Positions 36,549 through 44,802 of a DNA stretch of 64,000 bases are shown one piece after another. Position 1 is the stretch's first letter. Every line of letters begins with the position of its first letter. Under the pieces are notes generated by a model, which worked only from the letters and a program-made list of their open reading frames with translations, did no database searches and was not told where the DNA came from. Made by a program: the position numbers and the translations under genes. Origin of the DNA: a virus (lineage: Duplodnaviria > Heunggongvirae > Uroviricota > Caudoviricetes). The DNA lies in the IMG/VR virus record IMGVR_UViG_3300029705_000031. One strand, 5' to 3'.

Positions 36549-36587
36549 AAAAAAAAGAAAGCTTCAATTAAGAAGCTTTCTTTTTTT
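36549..36587. terminator. Bidirectional terminator
   Basis: AAAAAAAGAAAGCTTC/GAAGCTTTCTTTTTTT. Confidence 0.85.
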
Positions 36588-36589
36588 AT

Positions 36590-37132
36590 CTAAAAGATAT
36601 GTTTTCCAGTTTCTTCATCCCAATCATCTGTCCATTCTGTTTTTTCAAAGAACTTACATTTACCATGATTACCCCAAACGGGATCATTACATTCTCTTTC
36701 CTTGATAGGAGTATTATTTCGTTCTTCATTCAAACACATACCATCGATATTACCATCAGAATATTCACAATCCCAACAAGTATATCTTCTGGTTTTATTA
36801 AATGGACATGTAGTAGTTCCACTTAAATCAGTATGTAATTTACTAATGTGTAGTAAATAAGGAAGTTTGATATGTAATCGATATTCAAAGAATCTGTGTA
36901 CAGCAACAGAGAAATTATGGAATCTAAATCCTCCTTTACTATACTTACATTTATCTCTACAATCACACCAACAGGAACTATAACAATAGTAGTCATGTCT
37001 TATAACGATTCCTTTAATCCTATTTCTTTTTTTAGGATCATTATTCATTATATCACGATCAAAAAAGATTTCAAACATTGTATTTCTCCGCAATTCTGTT
37101 ATATATGTCGTTAAGTTTACTTTCTCCTCCAT
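36590..37132 (-). CDS. Cys-rich hypothetical protein (start may be MFEIF)
   Basis: Multiple Cys clusters. Confidence 0.65.
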   Translation of the reverse strand: MEEKVNLTTYITELRRNTMFEIFFDRDIMNNDPKKRNRIKGIVIRHDYYCYSSCWCDCRDKCKYSKGGFRFHNFSVAVHRFFEYRLHIKLPYLLHISKLHTDLSGTTTCPFNKTRRYTCWDCEYSDGNIDGMCLNEERNNTPIKERECNDPVWGNHGKCKFFEKTEWTDDWDEETGKHIF

Positions 37133-37265
37133 TTTCTACAATAGTAAGTAAAGCATATACTTTCATTGCTTCAATTCTAACATCACTAGAATAATTAAAT
37201 CCATCTCCATATTTTTCCATTGCAATCTTATATGCTTCTTTCTTAAGTTCTTTGATTTTTTCCAT
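37071..37265 (-). CDS. Hypothetical protein
   Basis: 64 aa, RBS GGAG. Confidence 0.6.
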   Translation of the reverse strand: MEKIKELKKEAYKIAMEKYGDGFNYSSDVRIEAMKVYALLTIVENGGESKLNDIYNRIAEKYNV

Positions 37266-37282
37266 TATAGTATCTTACTCCT

Positions 37283-37681
37283 TTATAAATCTCTTTCATC
37301 TTGAAGAATAAACTTTTGTACTTCAACTTTTACTCTTTCAATATGCTTAATGAACATTACAGATTCTTCTTCAGATAAAGATTCAATAGCTTTAATTAGC
37401 TCATAATCTTTACCATCATATATCATATCATTGATTAAATCTTTTGCTTTATTAAAAACACAATCAGTTCTATTCTTATATTCATGACCATTTAGATCAA
37501 TATCTCTACCATTACCATAATCAGTCCAAACAGAACCTGTTATATCCCATGTACTATCTTCATTTTCTTTTTCTAAATCCTCTTTAAATAAAGCTATCCA
37601 TTCTTCATATGGAAGTTCTTTACCATCTCTGTAATAATGCTCAATATATTCTGGAATTACAATCATAGTACTTCTCTCCAT
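37283..37681 (-). CDS. Hypothetical protein
   Basis: 132 aa in a coupled leftward array. Confidence 0.65.
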   Translation of the reverse strand: MERSTMIVIPEYIEHYYRDGKELPYEEWIALFKEDLEKENEDSTWDITGSVWTDYGNGRDIDLNGHEYKNRTDCVFNKAKDLINDMIYDGKDYELIKAIESLSEEESVMFIKHIERVKVEVQKFILQDERDL

Positions 37682-38049
37682 CCATTTCTCTGAATAATTG
37701 CTCTCATATTTTCTCTTCCTACAGGATTCATAGTATGAAGTCTAATAAGATAATTACGACCAGTTTCTTCAAGCCAATCAAGAATCTTGATATAATCACC
37801 ACCATCAGAAGCATAATCTCCTGCATCATGGTCTAAATCAATAAGTTCAATATCAACATAGTTTGCTGTATTATAGCATCTATTTCTACCAGCATAATCT
37901 CTGTCTAAGAAACAATTATGACCTCTATCCATACATCTTTGAATACAATCTTCAGTAGATTGAATGAACTTAATAGTCTCATTTACAGATTTGCACCAAT
38001 GATATCCTTTAGGAGCAGGTCTTAAATCATCAACCCAAATCTTCTTCAT
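37663..38049 (-). CDS. Cyclic-phosphate-processing receiver-like domain protein (cREC)
   Basis: KIWVDDLRP, IDLDHDAG, DYIKILDWL, RLHTMNPVGRENM. Confidence 0.75.
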   Translation of the reverse strand: MKKIWVDDLRPAPKGYHWCKSVNETIKFIQSTEDCIQRCMDRGHNCFLDRDYAGRNRCYNTANYVDIELIDLDHDAGDYASDGGDYIKILDWLEETGRNYLIRLHTMNPVGRENMRAIIQRNGWREVL

Positions 38050-38290
38050 TATTTTCCTCCGAATTTCTCCTTTGAAAATCTTTAATTTCATTCACGATTT
38101 CTTTGTAAACATGATACTTATCTACATGTCCACAACACATAGCAATATCTTCAGAATTAAAAGAAGCAAAGTAACTACCTTTTCTATAAGGTGGAAAATT
38201 TTTATCTGGTGGTCTTTTATATTCCTTATCAATAACACCATGTTTATTGATAAATCTTCGCATTTGTTTTAACTTTTTGCCTCTGTTCAT
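38030..38290 (-). CDS. Hypothetical protein
   Basis: 86 aa, basic. Confidence 0.6.
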   Translation of the reverse strand: MNRGKKLKQMRRFINKHGVIDKEYKRPPDKNFPPYRKGSYFASFNSEDIAMCCGHVDKYHVYKEIVNEIKDFQRRNSEENNEEDLG

Positions 38291-38633
38291 ATATTTCTAT
38301 CCCTTATTCATAAATCCATCTTGCTAACAGCTTTCCATGAACACATTTGTTAAAGATATAGATTCTTCTCCATCTTCCAAATGCATCATTTTCAATAGAT
38401 ACTCTAAAAATCTTTCTAAAAAACTTTTTCATATGTATATTCTCCTTACATCTGTTCTTGTTGTTCCATTAACAAATCTTGAAAGAATTCATTTCTTTCT
38501 TTTTCACAAGGACGAATTTTACCTTCAGATTTACAGTTAGGATATCTTTCACTATCATCTTGCTTAAAGCAAGTACAATTTTCACAATGCAGGTACATAG
38601 AAATTTTTACCTTTCTTTAAAATCATTATTTTA

Positions 38634-38843
38634 TTAATCTTTGTATAAACACAAGCATCCATTAATTGTATCAGTAGGATAGTTTTTTCCATCAATAGTT
38701 ACATACTCTTTTACAATATTCTTTTTATAGCAAGGAATTGCCGTAAAGTCAAAAACTTCTTTATATTCTGTATCTACCATGCAATTAGTAGATAACTCTG
38801 TTCCGTCCTTATAAATGCAAGTAAATACAGCTTTCTTAATCAT
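38634..38843 (-). CDS. Hypothetical protein
   Basis: 69 aa, RBS GAGGT. Confidence 0.6.
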   Translation of the reverse strand: MIKKAVFTCIYKDGTELSTNCMVDTEYKEVFDFTAIPCYKKNIVKEYVTIDGKNYPTDTINGCLCLYKD

Positions 38844-39083
38844 AATACCTCCTATTAAAATTGCTCTTTTATATACTTAATCTTGTAATCCAAATTGTTC
38901 ATATAGCCTCCTCTGTACGTCTAACAAAGCTTCCCAATTTTCTTTATCCGTATAATACATAGCAAGTTGGATTGTTGTATCTATTTTACATTTGATTTCA
39001 CTTATATCATAAAATACATTTTTACTCATACTACACCTCATAAAATCATCATTTTATTCCTCTATATATTTCAACACCAGATT

Positions 39084-39269
39084 TTATGCATGGTATCCAG
39101 TCGTAATTTCAATGATTCCTTCCCATTGATTTACAACCCAACTAAATACATATTTCTCAAGTAAATACTTTGGAATGAAATTACTATTTGTAAACATTTC
39201 TCCATCAATCTTCCACTTGACACCAGTATTTTTATTGGATAAGATAAACTCTTTTACTTTTGCATTCAT
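39084..39269 (-). CDS. Hypothetical protein
   Basis: 61 aa, RBS GGAGG; resembles 40864..41058. Confidence 0.6.
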   Translation of the reverse strand: MNAKVKEFILSNKNTGVKWKIDGEMFTNSNFIPKYLLEKYVFSWVVNQWEGIIEITTGYHA

Positions 39270-39270
39270 G

Positions 39271-39516
39271 TTAAGTCCTCCAATCTAATTTTTGACCACA
39301 TTGACTACAATAGTGTTCAGATCTAAAGACAACCTTATCACAACAAGGACAACGATTGCTGTTGAATTTTTCACTTAGCTTAACTTTTTTGCCAATTTGT
39401 TTATTTGCAGCATATACTAAGATATCGATATCTTTAGTTGCAGGAATTTCATTCTCATATACCTTTTCTGAAATTGAAAGTACTGCTTTTTTATAATCGT
39501 CTTCTTTAATTCTCAT
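39271..39516 (-). CDS. Zinc-ribbon protein
   Basis: RCPCC...YCSQCGQKLDW. Confidence 0.7.
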   Translation of the reverse strand: MRIKEDDYKKAVLSISEKVYENEIPATKDIDILVYAANKQIGKKVKLSEKFNSNRCPCCDKVVFRSEHYCSQCGQKLDWRT

Positions 39517-39724
39517 GTTTTAATACCTCTTCCAACTCATAACCATAAACATTCCAACTAGCACCATCATCAAAAACTACATCTATATCATACAATTCTT
39601 CATAATCTTCATCTTCAATATCTGCAGTACATTTCATTCCATCATGTGAAAGAAGCATTTTATGGATTCTGCCATTCCATGCTTGTTTGGTTTTATCATA
39701 ATGAAAAATATATTCTTTCTTCAT
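39506..39724 (-). CDS. Hypothetical protein
   Basis: 72 aa, RBS GGTGG. Confidence 0.6.
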   Translation of the reverse strand: MKKEYIFHYDKTKQAWNGRIHKMLLSHDGMKCTADIEDEDYEELYDIDVVFDDGASWNVYGYELEEVLKHEN

Positions 39725-39748
39725 TAGTTATTACCACCTTTTAAAAGT

Positions 39749-39925
39749 TTAATACAAATCACTTGCATTATGTACTCTTCCTGATGTATCGTATACTTTA
39801 TATACAAATTCTCCACATTTAGTAGATATTTCGATATAATCAACAGTAATCAAGTTATTATTTTTCTTTTCTCTTAAATATCTTCCATGTTTATAGATCT
39901 CTACACTATATGTATAATATGTCAT
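39749..39925 (-). CDS. Hypothetical protein (start revised to MTYYT)
   Basis: RBS GGAGGT upstream. Confidence 0.55.
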   Translation of the reverse strand: MTYYTYSVEIYKHGRYLREKKNNNLITVDYIEISTKCGEFVYKVYDTSGRVHNASDLY

Positions 39926-39935
39926 ATAAACCTTT

Positions 39936-40145
39936 TTACCTCCATCCATGATTACCAGTAAATACTTCACCATCAAATAAAACTGTTTTATAAATTTTAG
40001 AAACACAAGTTTCACTATCAATAGAGTTAATCAGATTCCTAAGTTTTTTATTGGCTTCTTCTGCATCATGAGCTATTACGATAGCAACATCATCTCTATA
40101 ATAAGCTCCATCATCTACTTCAAATTTAATTTGATATAAAAGCAT
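39936..40145 (-). CDS. Hypothetical protein
   Basis: 69 aa, V.IAHDAEEA motif. Confidence 0.6.
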   Translation of the reverse strand: MLLYQIKFEVDDGAYYRDDVAIVIAHDAEEANKKLRNLINSIDSETCVSKIYKTVLFDGEVFTGNHGWR

Positions 40146-40180
40146 ATTTTATCTCCTATTAAAATCATTCTTTTATTTGC

Positions 40181-40387
40181 TTAAATCAACATAGCAACTT
40201 TTCTATCAAATCCGTTTGCCTTGAAAAGTTCCTTTTCCAAGTCTTGTACAACAAAGTTCTTCTTTAGTTCTCCTTGTCCAAAACTTTCATATACCAGGTT
40301 TAAGGCTTCTTTCTTATTCTGTGCCTTTACTATATAGACACAATCGTTTTCTCCGTACACCACATATAACTTATGTTCCATAAGCAA
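40181..40387 (-). CDS. Hypothetical protein
   Basis: 68 aa, YIVKAQNKKEA motif. Confidence 0.6.
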   Translation of the reverse strand: MLMEHKLYVVYGENDCVYIVKAQNKKEALNLVYESFGQGELKKNFVVQDLEKELFKANGFDRKVAMLI

Positions 40388-40408
40388 TTACCTCTTAAAA
40401 TCGTCATT

Positions 40409-40657
40409 TTATTCCCATACAAAATTTCTATATCTTTCAACATCCTTATTAAGATCTTTAACTGTTTCATCGTAATAACCCAATATCTTTTTTAATAGTT
40501 CATTTTCTTCTTTACTTTTAGGAATACCAATTTTATTAATGTGATATACACACCACTTCAAAGTATATAGGTTAAGTTTCATAAGTTTTTTATGAGTAAA
40601 TCTAAGTTTGAGTATAGCAAGCTTAAACTTTAAAAAATCCATTTTTTCTTTTAACAT
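40409..40657 (-). CDS. Hypothetical protein
   Basis: 82 aa, RBS GGAG. Confidence 0.6.
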   Translation of the reverse strand: MLKEKMDFLKFKLAILKLRFTHKKLMKLNLYTLKWCVYHINKIGIPKSKEENELLKKILGYYDETVKDLNKDVERYRNFVWE

Positions 40658-40863
40658 TGTTATGTCTCCTTATATATCATCTACTATCGTGCTTATTCTG
40701 TATACAATGTATAGAATCCAGCAATATGATTGGTTTTATAAAATCTTCCTAAACTATCACATAGAATGAACTGAATGTCACCTTGTTCATCAATAAATGT
40801 TCCATAAGCGTCATAGATATTTCCACTTACATCTATTACCTTGAACATATGTTAATCCTCCTG

Positions 40864-41058
40864 TTATACAGCAATAGTAATTGCATTATTTACAGAGTTA
40901 ATTCTAATGACTTCACAATCCATATACATTTCAATATTTTCCTTCCAATATTCCTTAGTAGTTTCTGCCATCTTTCCATAAAAAGCAGTAATACAACCTA
41001 CATAGATGACGATATTAGTTCCACCAGAAATAACTGCTAATACATCCTTTAAAGTCAT
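40864..41058 (-). CDS. Hypothetical protein
   Basis: 64 aa MTLKDVL.. Confidence 0.6.
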   Translation of the reverse strand: MTLKDVLAVISGGTNIVIYVGCITAFYGKMAETTKEYWKENIEMYMDCEVIRINSVNNAITIAV

Positions 41059-41114
41059 TGTTTTTTATACCTCTTTCTTAAAAAATAGTTAGAATGAAGA
41101 CTTATAAAAAGTCT

Positions 41115-41291
41115 TCATTCATCCTTTACTTCTTCAATAGAACGAAGGATAGGCATATCCCATCCATATTCCTTAATAACCTTTTCTTTTGCAAAGATCT
41201 TTGCTTTTCTTTCAGTATTTGCTTTTACTTCAACAGTTACTTCATTATTAGCACTCCAAAAGATTTCAAATCTTGCTTTCCATTTTTTCAT
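41115..41291 (-). CDS. Hypothetical protein (start revised to MKKWK)
   Basis: RBS GGAG; VEVKANTERKA motif. Confidence 0.55.
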   Translation of the reverse strand: MKKWKARFEIFWSANNEVTVEVKANTERKAKIFAKEKVIKEYGWDMPILRSIEEVKDE

Positions 41292-41295
41292 ATAT

Positions 41296-41577
41296 CTACT
41301 CCCATACTTCTTTTCTTTCCAAGCATCCTTCATAAACTTCTGGATGTCCAACTTCTTTGATACTTGGTTTATCATTATGTTGTAGACCACCAAATTCCTT
41401 TCCACATACAGGACATTCAAATGTTACCCAGTTGATATCATGCGCATATCTTAATGTATCAAAGGGTCTTTCTCCTTTTACAATATCCCATCCATGAAAC
41501 CATTTTCCACATTTAGGACATTGTACTGCAATGTGTCTAATTGGTGTACTTTCGTATTCTACTCTTACATTAAACAT
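41296..41577 (-). CDS. Zinc-finger protein
   Basis: QCPKCG...ECPVCG. Confidence 0.7.
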   Translation of the reverse strand: MFNVRVEYESTPIRHIAVQCPKCGKWFHGWDIVKGERPFDTLRYAHDINWVTFECPVCGKEFGGLQHNDKPSIKEVGHPEVYEGCLERKEVWE

Positions 41578-41588
41578 ATTTTACTCCT

Positions 41589-41834
41589 TTAATCAATCTT
41601 AAAAGATACAGTTTTACATTTAGGACAACCTAAGAGAATAACTTTTTCTGTATCAGGTAAACCCCAATCTACATCTTTAGATTTATCTGTTTCAAAAGTA
41701 GTAGTTCTTCCAATACTATTCTCAATTCTTATAAAGGATTCATCACCTTTAATGAATCCTTTATCCCAATCCCATTCTACTTCATATCCACAACAAGGAC
41801 ATTTATGTTCAATTCCATTTCCGTTAGCAAACAT
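41589..41834 (-). CDS. Zinc-finger protein
   Basis: KCPCCG...GCPKC. Confidence 0.7.
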   Translation of the reverse strand: MFANGNGIEHKCPCCGYEVEWDWDKGFIKGDESFIRIENSIGRTTTFETDKSKDVDWGLPDTEKVILLGCPKCKTVSFKID

Positions 41835-41852
41835 ATGTAATTTCCTCCTTAT

Positions 41853-42290
41853 CTATTGCCATCCAATAATGTTACAAGAACAGTTTCTAATTGTAAAACC
41901 ATCATTATTGATAGATTTTTCGATATACTTCTTAAAAGCATACCACTCATCTCTAGTTCTTTGTCTCATTCTATCTCTCAAATCACCAATTACAGTGATA
42001 ACAACTCGTGTCTGATATTCACCATGAGGACACTTATATCCTTCAGGTGCATCACATTCAAATCCATCATCATAAAGTTTCCTTGTATCTTTATACTGAC
42101 ATGCAAGGCAGTCCATATTAGTAGAACAATTATAACCTGAAAGTACATTTACAAAGACATCAGCAGAGCCTTCACTACCTGTAATCTCAGGTGCATCCTT
42201 TAAGAGTTCTTCAACTCTTGTTTTGACATCTTTATCATAAATGTAAGTTTCTACATCAAGTGTAGCTACAATATGTGTCCAAAAACTCAT
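41853..42290 (-). CDS. Hypothetical phage protein
   Basis: MSFWTHI..ITGSEG..VITVIGDLRDR. Confidence 0.7.
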   Translation of the reverse strand: MSFWTHIVATLDVETYIYDKDVKTRVEELLKDAPEITGSEGSADVFVNVLSGYNCSTNMDCLACQYKDTRKLYDDGFECDAPEGYKCPHGEYQTRVVITVIGDLRDRMRQRTRDEWYAFKKYIEKSINNDGFTIRNCSCNIIGWQ

Positions 42291-42310
42291 TTTTATATAA
42301 CCTCCAAACT

Positions 42311-43840
42311 TTAATAAATGAGATCTTCGTCATAGATAGTATGGTTATCTAATAAAGAATCAAACCATGTATCATCCATATAGAAATTAGGATCATCATA
42401 CTTTGAGTCTTCATAACATTCTTTAATTCTTTTGATGGAAGGATAATTTTGGCTGTTTGCATTAAGGTAATTAAGGTGTTGTGTGAAATATTTTCTTCCT
42501 TTGTTTCTGATATCACAAACGATTTCTATTAGTTCTTTATAGTTATATTCAGCTTTATTCTTTTGTACCTTTAGTTCTTTAATTTTACATTCTAGTTCTT
42601 TATTTCTATTTTCTAATGATATAATTACATTTCTAGAACTAATATATTCTTTAATATAATTGCTTATTAAAGTTTCATTTTTAGATTCACTTTCAAGATT
42701 CTCTAACAACTTTTTATTTTTATTTTTAATATTAGTAATTTCATCTTTTAATCTTTTATTAGACGTATCCAATCTATCCATTTCACTTAAGTATTTAACA
42801 TTACTAGTATTGATAGATTTAAGATAATTGATTGCATTAATTTCATCTCTAGTTACAATATAAAAATAAACCAATCTTTTTAATTTTTCTTTTTCATCTT
42901 TAGAAAGAGAATCGGCTTTTGTAGTTGTTTTCTTTAAATACGTTTCAAAATCAACAATCACATTTTCAATTTCATTTAATCTTTTATTTTTCTGAATAAT
43001 AGTTTCTTCCAGTTGTTCTTTTTTACTAGTCAACTGTATGAATTCAGAAATAAGAAGATTAAATTCATCAAACTGATCTTTTCTGATAGTTTCAGATTCT
43101 TCTAATACCTTAGTAGCAGCAATAGCCCTAGCTTCTTCAATTTGAACATTAATAATGGTTAGCTCAGATAAAAGATTATTCTTACTATCATTAAAACTTT
43201 CAATTTCTTTCTGTAATTTTACTTTACTTTCACCAAGTTCTTTAATCTTTAAAGTAATTTCAGATAACTCATTTTTCAAAAGATTTAATGAATTTTCTTT
43301 TTCATTAAGAATTAGTTTAGCATCATCTATTCTACTTCTAAGGTTACAAAGTTCTGAATTTCTTTTAGTTTTCTCACTAAGTTCTTTATCTAATTTTTCA
43401 TTTTCCATCTTTAATCTTTTATTATCTTCAGCTAATTGAATATTTCTGCTTTTAGCTATTCCTAATTCTTGTTCTACTGCTAATTTAGCTTTTTCTAAAG
43501 TTTTAAAGATAACTTTTTTATCTGCTATTTCCTCATTAACAAATTCGGAAAAATCAATTGCAGGTGCAGCTTCTTTTGAGACATTAGTAATAAATGAATA
43601 AGTTTTTTCAATTCTATCATATCTGTATCTTGATAGAAAATTTTTTGAACTATAAAATACGATATTTCTTGGAAGGTCGTTTATAAAGTCTAGCAGATAT
43701 TGTTTACTTTGAGTGTTCTTCTTGTAAACAGATCCTATTAGTTCTACGGTCTTTTCATCACAATCTTCTTCAAACAATCTTATCATGCCATCATAAGGAT
43801 TATTTAGACCAAATACATAATACTGAACGTTTTCTGACAT
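42311..43840 (-). CDS. Long coiled-coil protein
   Basis: Heptad-rich E/K/L segments across most of the central region. Confidence 0.7.
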   Translation of the reverse strand: MSENVQYYVFGLNNPYDGMIRLFEEDCDEKTVELIGSVYKKNTQSKQYLLDFINDLPRNIVFYSSKNFLSRYRYDRIEKTYSFITNVSKEAAPAIDFSEFVNEEIADKKVIFKTLEKAKLAVEQELGIAKSRNIQLAEDNKRLKMENEKLDKELSEKTKRNSELCNLRSRIDDAKLILNEKENSLNLLKNELSEITLKIKELGESKVKLQKEIESFNDSKNNLLSELTIINVQIEEARAIAATKVLEESETIRKDQFDEFNLLISEFIQLTSKKEQLEETIIQKNKRLNEIENVIVDFETYLKKTTTKADSLSKDEKEKLKRLVYFYIVTRDEINAINYLKSINTSNVKYLSEMDRLDTSNKRLKDEITNIKNKNKKLLENLESESKNETLISNYIKEYISSRNVIISLENRNKELECKIKELKVQKNKAEYNYKELIEIVCDIRNKGRKYFTQHLNYLNANSQNYPSIKRIKECYEDSKYDDPNFYMDDTWFDSLLDNHTIYDEDLIY

Positions 43841-43898
43841 CTTAGTAAAATCTCCTTTGTAATTATAGAATTTTTATTTAGGTTTTTACTAAGATAAG

Positions 43899-43927
43899 AA
43901 TATATACTTAAATTTTCAATAAATACG
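43899..43927 (-). promoter_or_regulatory. Early promoter CGTA-N17-TATATATT
   Basis: Heads the leftward 43.8-36.6 kb small-gene array. Confidence 0.6.
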
Positions 43928-43932
43928 AAAAA

Positions 43933-43968
43933 ATTTGAGATAATGGAAATAAATCCATTATCTCAAAT
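43933..43968 (-). terminator. Intrinsic terminator after the baseplate operon
   Basis: ATTTGAGATAATGGA/TCCATTATCTCAAAT. Confidence 0.75.
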
Positions 43969-44002
43969 ATTAAACAAATTGTCAATAGTTTAAGTATACA
44001 TC

Positions 44003-44758
44003 TTAAGCGTAGATGTAATAGTATATTGTGCAGCTCTTTAAGTTACTGAAATAGGGTTCACTGGCAAAGTTTAGTCTAGTTGCAATTTCAATGTTATCCA
44101 TACGGTCAATAACATTAGTCTTAATAGGATTAGCAATACATAATGCAATCTCATTTACAAAAGTATTACGCTTGAATAATACATTATCATTTTCATCATA
44201 ATCTAGAACAGTTTTGAAATCATCTTCGGTAATCTTTAAAGTAATTTTTAGAGCAATTTCATCCATCTTACCATACTCATTAGTATTAGTAACCCATTCT
44301 AGTTTTTCAAAAGTTTTAGCATAATAATAAGTATAACCTTGATTGTAATTATCTTTAATTGCAGTAGGAATTTCACCATAATAACCTTCAGGTCTATCAG
44401 TACCATCTTTTACTGCAATAAAAGGAATTTCTTCGCCTAATGCAGTACAATCAGGATCAATGGATAATAGATTAAAAGGTTCACCAATTACACAACCACC
44501 ACGACCAGCTTTCCATAGACAAATCTTCTTAGAAGCTAAATCAGTTTTATTAAAACCACTAATTTCATTTTCCTTATTAAACATCTTCTCTAGTGCAAAG
44601 GTTCTACCACGAAGAACAACTAGGTTATCCTTTTCTAGAACTACTTCACCAGAAACATCATCAACTACAACTACATGACCCTTACAAAAAGTTAAGGGCT
44701 TATTATCAATCTTATCTTCAAAGTTTATAGGCTTTTCATGAAGGATTAATTCTTTCAT
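44003..44758 (-). CDS. Baseplate/tail-fibre attachment structural protein
   Basis: DNLVVLRGRTFAL..GRGG..NEIALC..IYYYIYA pattern of fibre-attachment domains; late promoter; downstream of the wedge gene. Confidence 0.55.
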   Translation of the reverse strand: MKELILHEKPINFEDKIDNKPLTFCKGHVVVVDDVSGEVVLEKDNLVVLRGRTFALEKMFNKENEISGFNKTDLASKKICLWKAGRGGCVIGEPFNLLSIDPDCTALGEEIPFIAVKDGTDRPEGYYGEIPTAIKDNYNQGYTYYYAKTFEKLEWVTNTNEYGKMDEIALKITLKITEDDFKTVLDYDENDNVLFKRNTFVNEIALCIANPIKTNVIDRMDNIEIATRLNFASEPYFSNLKSCTIYYYIYA

Positions 44759-44790
44759 TGTATTAGAACACCAACTTTCTTTTAGTTTCT

Positions 44791-44802
44791 CATTTATATG
44801 TT
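44791..44802 (-). promoter_or_regulatory. Late promoter motif AACA-N6-TG
   Basis: AACA-TATAAA-TG. Confidence 0.5.

Noticed and set aside
42311-43840. SMC/SbcC ATPase or tape measure protein
   Set aside because: No Walker motifs; sits under an early promoter and is too short for a jumbo-phage tape measure
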